A stretch of DNA of 64,000 bases from Anaerolineae bacterium (GCA_004297445.1 SCUK01000025.1:1889-65888); one strand, 5' to 3'. Shown: positions 1 to 10,822, counted from the stretch's first letter. The notes: generated by a model not told the origin, from the letters alone. Numbers and translations: made by a program.

Positions 1-3000
1 GCCGCGCCTGCCCGCCCGGAAACAGCCGTGCGAAGATTTCCCGGAACTCGGCCGCCACCGTATCAAATGTCTTCCGAAACTCGCGGTCCATCAACTCGTC
101 AAGTTCGGCAATGACTTCTTTGATGTCCTTCTCCGCCTGGGTCAGGTCGGCCACCTGGCCCGTCATGAATACAAATCGTTCCTTCACCTGGCGGTACTCC
201 GCCTGGGCTTCCGGGTTCACCGCCCCCATGCGTCGCAACTGCATCCGTTGTTGTTTCAACCGGTCTTCCAGGTCCGGCGCGATGACCTGCACCACCGGGA
301 GTCGTTCCACCAGGTCGCCCAGCGGCAGCGGGGTCGGGCCGCTCACCTGTTTTTCGTAGGTGAATTCCACCAACCCGAAGTCGTCTTCAATGCGCCGCCG
401 CAACCCATCCAGGGCTTCCTGCCGACGCGCAAGCTGGATCTGCGCCTGCGCATGGGCGCGTTCCACCGCGTTCAGCGCCTGCCGGCTGCCCATATCGCGG
501 CCTTCCAACTCCGCCTGCTGGCCCTCCGCCGCCCGCAATTCCGTTTCGCCCGGCTCGATCAGTTCCTGCAGCTGCCCGATTTCGCCGCCCAGTCCGCCTT
601 CTGAATCGCGCATATCCGTGGCGGACTGGCGCAGCCGCGTCAATTCTTCCTGCACTTGAGCGTTACCAGCCTGCAGTTCAGTTACCTGGGCCAGCACACG
701 ACCATACACGTCTGAGCGTTCCCGCTGGCTGGCGCGTGCATCCTCCAGGGCGCGGCGGCTCACCGCGGCTTGCGTATCCCAGTGCGCCGCCTGGGCCTGC
801 GGTTCGTCCAGCGTCAGCCCCGCCAGCTCAGCCACCCGGGCGCGCTGTTCGGAGTTCAACTGTTCCATGTCGTGGTCCAGCGCCGCGGCTTCATCGCCCA
901 GGCCCTTAATCTGGCTCGCCGCCTGGTCAAGCTCCTGTTGCAGTGCCGTCTGCCGTCCGCGCTGCCAATCCAGTTGCCGCTGCGCCGCTTCCTGTTGCAA
1001 TTGAGATTCCTGCGCCTTGCCCATTGCCCCGGAGGCGGCCTGCTCAGCGGCTTTCAGTCCACGCTCCGCATCGGCCAGTTCCTGCTCCTGGGTCTTCCGG
1101 CGCCCTTCCAACTCGCGCAGTCCGTTTGTAGCATCTCGCTGAGCGACTGAATTCTTTTCAATTAATTCCTGCAATTCCTGGCGCTGGCGCGGGCGGCTCA
1201 ACGTCGCCGCGCTGGCTTCCGAATCCACCAGGATAGCTCCGCTGGCGGCGAACACTTCCCCGCGCAAAGTCACTGCCCGTGCCGTCACAGGTTGTCCGGC
1301 CAGAGCACGTCGGGCTGCCCCCCGGTCCTTGACCACCAACGCCTGACCCAACAGCAGGTCCACCGCCGGCCGCAGTTCGGGCGGCGCGCTCACCAGCCGG
1401 GCCGCCACCCCCAGACAGCCCTCCACGTTTGGCGCTGTCAAAGGCGTGGGCGGGTTCAGTGTATCCAGCGGCAGGATGGCCGCCCGCGCCGGTTCTGCTT
1501 CCAGAAGCGCCAGGGCGGGCTCGTAGTCACCCTGCACCAGCACCGCATCCACATACTGCCCCAGCGCCGCCGCAATGGCGGTTTCATATTCAGGCGGCAC
1601 TGTCAAATGGCTGCTCAATGCCCCGCGTCCCCCAGCCAATCGCCCGGAGCGTGTGGCCTCCAATAGCGCCTTCGCTCCGCTGGCATACCCTGCAAGGGAT
1701 TCTTCCGCCTGCACCAGCACGTCCAACTGGGCATTCAAGCGCGCCGCTTCGGTCTCCAGCCGCGCGCGCTCGGCCACATCCTGTCGGTGCTGTTCTTCAA
1801 TCTGTTTAAGGGTAACCCGTGCCTGCTCAAGCCGGTTTTGCGCATTGGCTCTCGCGGTTTCTGCCTGCGTCAAAGCAGTCTGTGCCCCGCTCAAGGCCAA
1901 GGTCACCGCCTCCAGCGCCACGGCCGCCGCGCCAACCTCCGCGCTCACATCATGCTGTGCCCCGCCCTGCTTGTCCAGCCGCGCCTGCAATTCCGATTTC
2001 AGCGCTGCCAGTTCAATCTTCCTGGTATTGCCCTGCTCAAGCTTTTTACGGGTCTCGGCCAGTTCGGTTTCCAGGGTTGTCCGCTGCGTCTGCCGTTCCG
2101 CAAGCGTGATTCGTGCTGCGTCCGCCTGCGTCTGTGCTTCGGTGGCGTCTGCCTCCAGGCGCGCCACCCGCACCTCTGCCTCCTGCAGCCGTTCCTTTTC
2201 CAGCGCCAGTTCCTGTTGCCGCTGCGCCAGGTCGGAATCCAGTTGGGTCTGGCGTTCACGCAGCGCCCGCTGGCGTTCATCGGACACCGCCAGCTCCCGC
2301 GAGGTCGACTCGCGGCGCGTATGCAATGCCGCCAGCTCACGGTGCCAGGAGCCCAATCGAGCCCGCAGCCCGCTGATGCGGTCTCGCAGCGTCAGCAAGT
2401 CGTGATCCAGTGCTTCCTGGTTTTCGCGCGCCGCCATCAGAGATTGTTCCTGCTGCCCGGCGTAGGTCACCGCATCCAGGTATTCCTGCTGGCCCAGATG
2501 CCAGTGATAGCCATACCACTCGCGCAGGATGGCCTGTAAATCCGCGCGTACCTGTTCATACTCGCCCGCGCGTTGCGCCTGCCGTTCCAGGCTCTTCACC
2601 CGCGGTGCCAGTTCTGCCAGGATGTCTTCCACCCGTTCCAGGTTGCGCCGGGTGGTTTCCAGCCGCCGCAGGGATTGTTCGCGGCGTTGGCGGTATAGGC
2701 TGATGCCCGCGGCCTCTTCAAACAGGGCGCGCCGGTCTTCCGCTTTCAGCGAGAGCGCCGCATCCACCATCCCCTGCCCGATGACGGTATACGTCCGCTC
2801 GGCCAGGCCGCTCTTGGCCAGCAGTTCGGTCACGTCCCGCAACCTCACTTTCTGGCTGTTAATCATGTATTCGTTCTGGCCGTCGCGGAACGCCCGCCGC
2901 GTGATGGACACCTCCGAGAAATCGATGGGCAGCCAGCCTTCACTGTTATCAAACGTCACCGTTGCGGATGCCATGCTGGCCCGCGGCCGTTTTTCCGACC

Positions 3001-3211
3001 CGGAGAAGATGATGTCGTCCGTCTTGCGGGCGCGCATCAGGCTGTAGGACTGTTCGCCCAGCACCCAGCGCAACGCATCCGCCACATTGGATTTGCCTGA
3101 ACCGTTCGGCCCTACCACGGCCGTCACCTGGTCGGCGAATTCAAACTTGGTCTTGCTGGCAAAGGTCTTGTAGCCCACCAGTTCCAGCGATTTAAGTCGC
3201 GCCGCGCTCAT
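1..3211 (-). CDS. smc: Chromosome segregation protein SMC (runs off the window edge, 3' part missing)
   Basis: Not in ORF track; reverse translation from ATG at 3211 gives MSAARLKSLELVGYKTFASKTKFEFADQVTAVVGPNGSGKSNVADALRWVLGEQ (Walker A), followed by coiled coil; ATGA overlap with rnc stop. Confidence 0.95.
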   Translation of the reverse strand, partial: MSAARLKSLELVGYKTFASKTKFEFADQVTAVVGPNGSGKSNVADALRWVLGEQSYSLMRARKTDDIIFSGSEKRPRASMASATVTFDNSEGWLPIDFSEVSITRRAFRDGQNEYMINSQKVRLRDVTELLAKSGLAERTYTVIGQGMVDAALSLKAEDRRALFEEAAGISLYRQRREQSLRRLETTRRNLERVEDILAELAPRVKSLERQAQRAGEYEQVRADLQAILREWYGYHWHLGQQEYLDAVTYAGQQEQSLMAARENQEALDHDLLTLRDRISGLRARLGSWHRELAALHTRRESTSRELAVSDERQRALRERQTQLDSDLAQRQQELALEKERLQEAEVRVARLEADATEAQTQADAARITLAERQTQRTTLETELAETRKKLEQGNTRKIELAALKSELQARLDKQGGAQHDVSAEVGAAAVALEAVTLALSGAQTALTQAETARANAQNRLEQARVTLKQIEEQHRQDVAERARLETEAARLNAQLDVLVQAEESLAGYASGAKALLEATRSGRLAGGRGALSSHLTVPPEYETAIAAALGQYVDAVLVQGDYEPALALLEAEPARAAILPLDTLNPPTPLTAPNVEGCLGVAARLVSAPPELRPAVDLLLGQALVVKDRGAARRALAGQPVTARAVTLRGEVFAASGAILVDSEASAATLSRPRQRQELQELIEKNSVAQRDATNGLRELEGRRKTQEQELADAERGLKAAEQAASGAMGKAQESQLQQEAAQRQLDWQRGRQTALQQELDQAASQIKGLGDEAAALDHDMEQLNSEQRARVAELAGLTLDEPQAQAAHWDTQAAVSRRALEDARASQRERSDVYGRVLAQVTELQAGNAQVQEELTRLRQSATDMRDSEGGLGGEIGQLQELIEPGETELRAAEGQQAELEGRDMGSRQALNAVERAHAQAQIQLARRQEALDGLRRRIEDDFGLVEFTYEKQVSGPTPLPLGDLVERLPVVQVIAPDLEDRLKQQRMQLRRMGAVNPEAQAEYRQVKERFVFMTGQVADLTQAEKDIKEVIAELDELMDREFRKTFDTVAAEFREIFARLFPGGQAR

Positions 3212-3921
3212 CCGTCTATTTTCTCCAGCGCCATCTGCGCCGCGACCTTGCTGGCCGCCTGTTTACTGCTCCCCTGTCCCTGCCCCAGCACCTCGCCTCC
3301 CACCACGACTTCCACGTCAAACGTCTTTTCGTGGTCTGGTCCGGCTTCCGCCACGATTCGATACAGCGGCGGGCGGTGGCCGTTCGCCTGCGCCCACTCC
3401 TGCAGCAGGCTCTTCGGGTCCCGGTCATGATGATTGATGAGGATGTGGTCGGTCGTATGCTCCAGCAGGGGCGCCATAAACGCCTCGACTGCATACACGC
3501 CTGAGTCAAGATATAGCGCCCCCACCACGGCTTCAAACGCCGCGCACAGCATCGCCAGCCGCACCCGCCCCCCGCCGTCCTCCTCGCCCCGACCGAGCCG
3601 CAGCGCCCGCCCGATATCCACTTCGCGTGCGAACTCCGCCAGCGCTTCGGTGCGCACCAGCGCCGCCCGCAGGCGCGTCATATCGCCTTCAGACATCTCC
3701 GGGAAGCGGTTGTACAGCCACGCCCCCACCACAAAGTCCAGCACCGCATCCCCCAGAAACTCCAGCCGCTCATTATCTTCGAGCGCTTCCGGGTTTTCAT
3801 TCAGGTAAGAACGATGCGTCAACGCACGCGCAAACAGCAGGCGGTCCTGAATTGGCAAATTAAGTCGTTTGGCGAATTCCTGGGGCGTTTCCAGCCCCAG
3901 GTCTCCCGGTTCCGGTTGCAT
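3208..3921 (-). CDS. rnc: Ribonuclease III
   Basis: ALTHRSY...NERLEFLGDAVL signature and C-terminal dsRBD (DPKSLLQE, GPDHEKTF, SKQAA); start taken at MQPEPG. Confidence 0.95.
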   Translation of the reverse strand: MQPEPGDLGLETPQEFAKRLNLPIQDRLLFARALTHRSYLNENPEALEDNERLEFLGDAVLDFVVGAWLYNRFPEMSEGDMTRLRAALVRTEALAEFAREVDIGRALRLGRGEEDGGGRVRLAMLCAAFEAVVGALYLDSGVYAVEAFMAPLLEHTTDHILINHHDRDPKSLLQEWAQANGHRPPLYRIVAEAGPDHEKTFDVEVVVGGEVLGQGQGSSKQAASKVAAQMALEKIDG

Positions 3922-4069
3922 GGTGGTTCCTCCGGCGAACTCAGGGAGCGCCAGCCGCCCCACAGCGGGTCGGGCAGCTGGCGGCCCATCAGTTCCAAAT
4001 CAAGTTGAAGGCCAATTGTATCAGAGCGTCCAGTTCGGAGTCTTAAAGTTTACCCGCCTCGGAAGTTGA

Positions 4070-4816
4070 CTATGGCAGGGCCTTAGTTAGTTCAAGCAAT
4101 TGAGGCTTTACCTTAATCGCTAATTCCTGGACACCATCGATGTCACGTAAGAGCCCATCAATGACACAGCCGAGGGCACGCAACAGTTCATCAGGCGCCA
4201 GTGTCGTCACGAATGCGTTACTGAAAGTACTGTGAATTTCAGATGGCAAGTCATCGAAACCCCTGCCTTGATGCGCAGGAAGGTTACGGCGAAGACAAGC
4301 GAGGTGAAGGGCATAATCACGGGTTGCGCTGATCCAGTATTCAGCCTGCCAGTATCGTCCGCGTTCAATGCAGAAGCGGGCTCTTAATGCATGATGAACT
4401 GCATAGCCAAAGAGTTCCCGAGCCTCCGGAGGAGGTGAAAATGGTTTTTCCACAGAGGCACCGAATAGCATCCTGAATTTCGGTCCGCGAGCTCCAAATG
4501 AAGCCTCTGGCGTGAACGATAAGTCGAACTGTAAACAATCGGGAAGCAAAAATACTCGATATATAGAGGTGCCGCTGGGCAGGTCGAACAATTGAACTGC
4601 ATTGAAATCTCTTATGAGCTTAATTGTCCAGTCTTCCAGCACATCCAGAATGGAATATTCACTCGCCACTGAAAAAGTCAGGTCAAGATCAGACCAGCGA
4701 TCGCCATCACTTAATGCAAGTGAGCCTACTACTGCACCCGCCACGACCCGCGAATCGGTTTCCGCAACTTGGAGGACGTAGTCACGAAGAAATTCGCGAT
4801 CTCTTATGGTGAACAC
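4070..4816 (-). CDS. Pol-beta-type nucleotidyltransferase domain protein
   Basis: GSLALSDGDRWSDLDL matches the GS..DxD NTase motif; helical C-terminal domain; visibly lower GC than neighbours. Confidence 0.75.
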   Translation of the reverse strand: MFTIRDREFLRDYVLQVAETDSRVVAGAVVGSLALSDGDRWSDLDLTFSVASEYSILDVLEDWTIKLIRDFNAVQLFDLPSGTSIYRVFLLPDCLQFDLSFTPEASFGARGPKFRMLFGASVEKPFSPPPEARELFGYAVHHALRARFCIERGRYWQAEYWISATRDYALHLACLRRNLPAHQGRGFDDLPSEIHSTFSNAFVTTLAPDELLRALGCVIDGLLRDIDGVQELAIKVKPQLLELTKALP

Positions 4817-4891
4817 ACAAGACCTCTGCTCAAGTTCTGCACCCCAACGTACGGCTTACAGATCTACTTGGCAGAACTGACGGAAAACGGA

Positions 4892-6124
4892 CTATCTGTA
4901 CCTCCGCACCGCCAACACCGCGTTATGTCCCCCGAATCCAAACGCGTTCGAAATCGCCAGCTTCACCGTCTTTTGCCGCGCCTCGTTCGGCACGTAATCC
5001 AGATCGCATTCCGGGTCCGGCGTCCGGTAGTTAATCGTCGGCGGAATCACGCCTTCGCGCACCACCTGCACGCAGAACACGGTCTCCAGTGCGCCCGTCG
5101 CCCCCATCATGTGACCCGTCATCGACTTGGTGGACGAAATCGGCACCTTGTACGCCTGCTCGCCAAACGCTGCCTTGATGGCCAGCGTCTCGGATTTGTC
5201 GTTCAGCGGCGTTGCCGTCCCATGCGCGTTGATGTAATCCACGTCTTCAATGTTCGCCCCCGCGCTCTCCAGCGCCAGCCGCATTGCCTTCGAGCCGCCC
5301 AGCCCTTCTTCATGTGGGGCGGTTATGTGGAACGCGTCCGCCGTCGAGGCGTAGCCGGCCAGTTCTGCCAGGATCTCCGCCCCGCGCGCCCGTGCATGGC
5401 TCTCGGTTTCCAGCACCAGGATGCCGCAGCCTTCCCCAACCACCAGCCCATCCCGGTCCTTATCAAACGGGGACGGCGCGCCTTCCCCCATCCCGCGCCG
5501 CGAGCACGCCCCCAGCCGGTCAAACGACGCCACCCCCACCGGCGATATCGTGCTTTCGCTTGCTCCTGCGACCGCCGCGTCAATCATCCCTGCCCGCAGC
5601 ATCATCCACGCCATCCCGATGCCGTCCTGCCCGGACGCACACGCCGACGCCACCGAGAATGAAGGTCCCTTCGCCCCGTGGTCAATACCCACCAGCCCGG
5701 AAGCGCCGTTCGACATCAGCATTGGAATCAGGAACGGGCTGACCTTGCGCGGCCCTTCCCTTAACAGGTCCCGGTGATTTTCCTCCAGCGAGGTCAGCCC
5801 CCCGATTGCCGATGAGATGACCACCCCCACCCGCGCGGCATTCTCTTCCGTGATTTCCAATCCAGAGTGCTTCAGCGCTTCCTGCACCGCCGCCGCTGAA
5901 AACAGTTCGTAGCGATCTCGTCGCCGCGCCTCGCGCGCCGGCAGATAGTCTTCCGGATTGAAATTCTTGACCTCCGCCGCCACCTTCACAAGGAAATCGC
6001 TGGCGTCAAAATATGTTATCGGTGCAACGCCTGATACTCCCTCTTTCGCGTTTTTCCACGCCGTCGCAACATCATTGCCAATTGGGGAGACCGCTCCCAG
6101 CCCGGTGATTACTATTTTTTCCAT
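4892..6124 (-). CDS. fabF: Beta-ketoacyl-ACP synthase II
   Basis: IVITGLG, SACASG (Cys), INAHGTAT, KSMTGH, SNAFGFGGHN; GGAG RBS before ATG 6124. Confidence 0.95.
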   Translation of the reverse strand: MEKIVITGLGAVSPIGNDVATAWKNAKEGVSGVAPITYFDASDFLVKVAAEVKNFNPEDYLPAREARRRDRYELFSAAAVQEALKHSGLEITEENAARVGVVISSAIGGLTSLEENHRDLLREGPRKVSPFLIPMLMSNGASGLVGIDHGAKGPSFSVASACASGQDGIGMAWMMLRAGMIDAAVAGASESTISPVGVASFDRLGACSRRGMGEGAPSPFDKDRDGLVVGEGCGILVLETESHARARGAEILAELAGYASTADAFHITAPHEEGLGGSKAMRLALESAGANIEDVDYINAHGTATPLNDKSETLAIKAAFGEQAYKVPISSTKSMTGHMMGATGALETVFCVQVVREGVIPPTINYRTPDPECDLDYVPNEARQKTVKLAISNAFGFGGHNAVLAVRRYR

Positions 6125-6163
6125 AAGACACTCCAAAAGAATTTACTACGAGGTGCTGCCGGT

Positions 6164-7252
6164 CTATGCCGCTTTCAACCCGTGCCCCGTCAGTATCGCC
6201 ACCACCGGGTCATGCGCCTGGTCAATCACCAGGCCCAGCCCCTTCCAGACCAGCGCGGAGGTCGGCTCTACATAAAACCCCAAACGCGCCAATTCGTCAC
6301 GCCCCGGCAGAATATCCTCTTCCGGGATAGCCAGAAAGTGAATTGGCTGCGTCTGGCCCAGCCGCAACAGAGCGTCGCCCCGCACCGGTTGCCGCACCCG
6401 CACCCCTTCAGCCACCGTCCCGCCTTCGGTAATAAAACCCAGTCCCGCCGTCCCGTGGTTCGTCAACGCCCACAGCGGCGCGCACGCCATCGCCTGCACC
6501 CCCACCAGCGAGGGAGCGGCCGCGATCACGCCTGCCGCCTCTAACGCATTGAACCCATACGCCAGCCCAAGCAGCAGGCTGCCATGCCCTGCGGGCGCCA
6601 GCACTGCCCCCGGTGCGCCGCCCAGGTTCTCCACCAGTTCATACGCCAGCGTCGCCAGCCCGGCCAGCCCGTGCGGCAGGTAGGCGTGGCTGGCATAATG
6701 CGCCCCGGCCTCCACCGCCCGCCCCACCGCCTTCGCTGCTTCAGACCGCGGCCCCGGCACCGCCATCACCTCCGCCCCATACCGTTCGATCTGCGCCCGC
6801 TTTGGCCCGGAGGCGTAATCCGGGACGAACACCTGCGCCCGGATGCCCGCCCGTGCCGCATACGCCGCAAACGACGCGCCCGCATTCCCGGACGAATCTT
6901 CCACCGCTTCCGTAATCCCTCTGGACGCCAAGTAACTGACCTCCACCGCCGTCAGCCGGTCCTTGAATGACCCCGTCGGGTTCTGCCCTTCCACTTTAAA
7001 ATGCACCGTTCGCCCAAACGCCCGCGCCGCCACCAGCGGCGTATTGCCTTCCCCCAGAGTCACTTCCGGCGCACCTGCATCCAACCCAAAGGAATGCCGG
7101 TATCGCCAGACTCCCGGCTTGCCCGCCTCCACCGCCGCCGGGTCAAACGCCAGCCCGCCCGCGACGTCAAATACGCCCCCGCACGCCGGGCAGCGGTGCG
7201 CAAACCCCTCCGGCATCCCCCGCCCGCAGTTGGTACAAACATAACTCGTCAT
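6164..7252 (-). CDS. Threonine synthase-like PLP (fold type II) enzyme with N-terminal Zn ribbon
   Basis: CTNCG..CPACGG, LGEGNTPL, NPTGSFKDR, EDSSGNAGAS, VEPTSA, LTGHGLK; ATG 1 nt after moaE stop. Confidence 0.85.
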   Translation of the reverse strand: MTSYVCTNCGRGMPEGFAHRCPACGGVFDVAGGLAFDPAAVEAGKPGVWRYRHSFGLDAGAPEVTLGEGNTPLVAARAFGRTVHFKVEGQNPTGSFKDRLTAVEVSYLASRGITEAVEDSSGNAGASFAAYAARAGIRAQVFVPDYASGPKRAQIERYGAEVMAVPGPRSEAAKAVGRAVEAGAHYASHAYLPHGLAGLATLAYELVENLGGAPGAVLAPAGHGSLLLGLAYGFNALEAAGVIAAAPSLVGVQAMACAPLWALTNHGTAGLGFITEGGTVAEGVRVRQPVRGDALLRLGQTQPIHFLAIPEEDILPGRDELARLGFYVEPTSALVWKGLGLVIDQAHDPVVAILTGHGLKAA

Positions 7253-7253
7253 A

Positions 7254-7955
7254 TCACCGGTCGCCCTCCGTCGGCACATACCCGCCCTCAACCCACGCCT
7301 GCCCGTCCGGCCCCACTTCCTTCTTCCACACTGGCACGATTTCCTTCAACCGGTCAATGCCATAGCGCGCCGCCTCGAACACCCCCGTGTCCCGGTGCCC
7401 CGCCGAGCAGGCGATTAACACCGTCGGCGTGCCCGGCATCAGCCGCCCCACCCGCTGTACGATGGCGATTCCCTCCACGCTCGGCCAGCGCGCCCGGATT
7501 TCGTCCGCCACCTGTTTCATCTTTTCCTCCGCCATCGGCGCATAGGCTTCGTACTCAAGAAATTCAGTCTCATGCCCCTCGCCCCGCGTCGTCTCCGCCC
7601 GCACCATCCCGCTGAAAAAGCATGCCGCCCCGGTCGTCGGCAAGGTGATTGCGGCCAGCAGTTCGTTCATATCCAGTTCATCGTCGGTGATACGAAATAT
7701 CTCCGGGAACCCGCTCCCCCCGCTCACCGGCGGAAACAGCGCGATTTCCGCCCCCGCCGGAATCACTTCCCCGTCAAATGCATACTCTTTGTTCACCGCT
7801 ACCAGCACCGTCGCACCTGCCAGCGCCGGATAGCGCACTCCCAGCAGACGCTTGAAGTCCGCCACCGTCGTCCCCTCCGGCAGTGTCATCGTCGTCTCCT
7901 TCGTCCCCGCCTTCTCGCGGAACGTCGCAAAAAACAGCACCTTCACTTCATTCAT
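7254..7955 (-). CDS. moaD/moaE: Molybdopterin synthase MoaD-MoaE fusion
   Basis: VKVLFFA...VAVN...[10 protein letters not shown] (MoaD) fused to [26 protein letters not shown] (MoaE). Confidence 0.92.
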   Translation of the reverse strand: MNEVKVLFFATFREKAGTKETTMTLPEGTTVADFKRLLGVRYPALAGATVLVAVNKEYAFDGEVIPAGAEIALFPPVSGGSGFPEIFRITDDELDMNELLAAITLPTTGAACFFSGMVRAETTRGEGHETEFLEYEAYAPMAEEKMKQVADEIRARWPSVEGIAIVQRVGRLMPGTPTVLIACSAGHRDTGVFEAARYGIDRLKEIVPVWKKEVGPDGQAWVEGGYVPTEGDR

Positions 7956-8442
7956 GTTCAACCGTAACATCCCCGCTCTGCCCGCCGCGCTTCTCCACCA
8001 GCCGGATATTCTGAATCCGCATCGTCTTCTCTGCTGCCTTTGCCATGTCGTAGATCGTCAACGCCGCCACGCTCACCGCCGTCAGCGCCTCCATTTCCAC
8101 CCCCGTCTTCCCGGTCGTCTTCGCCGTCGCCGTGATGCGCACCCCCGGTAGCGCCTCATCCAGCTCAAACTCCACCGACACATGGTTCAGAGCCAGCGCG
8201 TGGCAGAACGGGATTAATTCCGCCGTGCGCTTCGCCCCCGCAATCCCCGCCACCTGCGCCACCGTCAGCACATCGCCTTTCTTCAACGCCCCGGCGCGCA
8301 CCAGCCGCAGCGTCTCGGCCAGCATCACCACCTCCCCGCAGGCGGTTGCCGTCCGTTCGGTATCCGGCTTCGCCCCCACGTCCACCATCCGCGCCTTCCC
8401 CTGGGCATCAATATGCGAGAGTTCCGGTTTTTTATCCGTCAT
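7948..8442 (-). CDS. moaC: Cyclic pyranopterin monophosphate synthase
   Basis: [40 protein letters not shown]. Confidence 0.95.
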   Translation of the reverse strand: MTDKKPELSHIDAQGKARMVDVGAKPDTERTATACGEVVMLAETLRLVRAGALKKGDVLTVAQVAGIAGAKRTAELIPFCHALALNHVSVEFELDEALPGVRITATAKTTGKTGVEMEALTAVSVAALTIYDMAKAAEKTMRIQNIRLVEKRGGQSGDVTVEHE

Positions 8443-8548
8443 GCGGGCATTATAAAGCGTCCCACCACCAGCCCCAACCACAATGAGCGAATCAAACAAC
8501 TTTCTGCCCAAGCGGGGAGACCCCCCCATCCCTTATAATCCCCTCGCC

Positions 8549-9463
8549 ATGCCTGACGCAAAAAACTGGCTCGCCGCACTCGCCCGCACGCGCCAATCCG
8601 CCTTTGGCCGCATCGCCACACTCTTCGGCGCCACCGAACTCACCGATTCCGCATGGGACGACCTTGAAGCCCTCCTCCTCCAGGCTGACCTCGGCCTCGA
8701 AACGGCCACCGCCCTGCTGAACGACCTCCGGACCCAATCCGCCCAGTTCGGCTGGACCAAGACCGCCCAACTCAAAGACGGCCTCCGCGCCTCTCTGGCC
8801 GCCCGACTCCTCCCCCCGCCGCCCATCACCTGGAATCCGGACGGCCCTACCGTCATCCTCATCGTCGGCGTCAACGGCTCCGGCAAAACCACCACGGCCG
8901 CAAAACTCGGCGCCCGCTATCAGGCCGAGGGCCGCAAAATCCTTCTCGCCGCCGCAGACACCTACCGCGCCGCCGCCATCGAGCAACTCCAGACCTGGGG
9001 CCAGCGCCTTAACCTGCGGGTCATCGCGGGCCAGCCGGATGGCGACCCTGGCGCCGTCGCCTACGATGCCGTTGCTTCCGCCATCTCCCGCCGCGAAGAC
9101 ATCCTCCTGATAGACACCGCCGGTCGCCTCCACACCCGCTTTAACCTCATGGAAGAACTGGAGAAAGTTCACCGTGTCGTCGCCAAATCCCTGCCCGGCG
9201 CGCCCCACCACACCTGGCTGGTGCTGGACGCCACTACCGGCCAGAACGCCCTCCAGCAGGCCCGCGCCTTCAAGGAAGCCGTCGCCGTCACAGGTGTCAT
9301 CCTCGCCAAGCTGGACTCGTCCGCCCGCGGCGGCATGGCCTTCGCCATTCATAGCGCCCTCGGCCTCCCCATCCTGTTCGCCGGTCTCGGCGAAGCCCCC
9401 GAAGACCTCACCCCCTTCGACCCCGCCGCCTTCATCCAATCCATCCTCGCAGACTTCGGTTAA
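8549..9463 (+). CDS. ftsY: SRP receptor FtsY (short NG form)
   Basis: [37 protein letters not shown]. Confidence 0.95.
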   Translation: MPDAKNWLAALARTRQSAFGRIATLFGATELTDSAWDDLEALLLQADLGLETATALLNDLRTQSAQFGWTKTAQLKDGLRASLAARLLPPPPITWNPDGPTVILIVGVNGSGKTTTAAKLGARYQAEGRKILLAAADTYRAAAIEQLQTWGQRLNLRVIAGQPDGDPGAVAYDAVASAISRREDILLIDTAGRLHTRFNLMEELEKVHRVVAKSLPGAPHHTWLVLDATTGQNALQQARAFKEAVAVTGVILAKLDSSARGGMAFAIHSALGLPILFAGLGEAPEDLTPFDPAAFIQSILADFG

Positions 9464-9470
9464 AATACAC

Positions 9471-9529
9471 TGTCGTGAAGCGATACTCGAGAGTCGAAAA
9501 GATAGATTCTTCGCTCGCTCAGAATGACA
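9471..9529. repeat. Degenerate short palindromic interspersed repeat (GATTCTTCGCT.CGCTCAGAATGACA type)
   Basis: 9505-9529 GATTCTTCGCTCGCTCAGAATGACA with a partial left arm TGTCG at 9471. Confidence 0.5.
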
Positions 9530-9612
9530 ATTGAAGCATGGCCTCCAATAATGTCAACAGAACCTGATTACCGATTACGAATTACCCTCTTTGAAAGTGA
9601 GGCGCCGACCCC

Positions 9613-10714
9613 ATGCAAGACCTGATTGACCGCATCCAGACCTGCGAAGAAAAAATCCAGGCCCTCCTGGTGGGCCTTTGACCTCCCCCGCCAGGAAGCA
9701 GACCTGAACGCCTTCGAAACTGAGTCGCAACAACCCGGTTTTTGGGATAACCCCACCCACGCCCAGGGCGTGATGAAAAAACTGGCCCGGCTGCAAAAAG
9801 AAGTTAGCGCCTGGCGCTCCCTGCAAACCCGCCTGCGCGAAGCCCGCGAACTGTCCGAACTGGATGACGACAGCATCCGCGCCGACCTCGAAACCGAAAT
9901 CGCCGACCTCGAAAAAGAAACCGACCAGCGCGAACTCAAGGCCATGCTTGCCGGCGATTACGACTCTGGCGATGCCCTCCTCAGCATCAACGCCGGCGCT
10001 GGCGGCACCGACTCGCAGGACTGGTCCGCCATGCTCCTCCGCATGTACCTCCGCTGGGCGGAAGACAGCGGCTACAAAGTGGATGTCCTCGACCAGACCG
10101 CCGGTGAAGAAGCCGGCATCAAATCCGTCACGCTTGCCATCAGCGGCGAATATGCTTACGGCTACCTGAAATCCGAAAAGGGCGTCCACCGCCTCGTGCG
10201 CATCTCCCCGTTCGACAGCAACGCTCGCCGCCACACCTCCTTCACCCAGGTTGAGATTCTCCCCCAGGTCGAGTCGGACGAAGAAATCGAACTTAACATG
10301 AACGACGTCAAGATCGAGTCCTTCCGCGCCGGCGGCGCTGGCGGCCAGAACGTGCAGAAAAACGACACCGCCATCCGCGTTACCCACATCCCCACCGGCC
10401 TGGTCGCCTCCTGCCAGAACGAACGCAGCCAGACCCAGAACCGCGAAAACGCCCTGCGCGTCCTCAAAGCCCGCCTGCTGGAACTCAAGCGTGAACAGGA
10501 AGAAGCCGAAATCGCCAAACTCAAGGGCCAGCTGATGAAAAACGAGTGGGGCAGCCAGATTCGCTCCTACGTCCTCCACCCCTACCAGATGGTTAAAGAC
10601 CACCGCACCGAACATGAAGTCGGCAACGCCGCCGGCGTCCTGGATGGCGACCTCGATGGCTTTATCCAGGCCTACCTGCGCATGAACGTCGGCAAGTCCA
10701 CCGGTGCATCCTAA
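9613..10714 (+). CDS. prfB: Peptide chain release factor 2 with programmed +1 frameshift
   Basis: ATG 9613 MQDLIDRIQTCEEKIQALLVGL then CTT TGA C at 9676-9682; +1 frame carries SPF and GGQ motifs. Confidence 0.96.
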
Positions 10715-10822
10715 GCATCGGGGGGCAATGTTTGGGATTGGTCGCTTAACCCATGTTGGCGAAAGAGCTTCAGAACACCGGCACGGCAGCACCCCGGCAC
10801 GTTTTCTTATTGTTTGCGCATC

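Noticed and set aside
111-3047. Many plus-strand ORFs
   Set aside because: Antisense shadows of smc, which the track missed because it runs off the window
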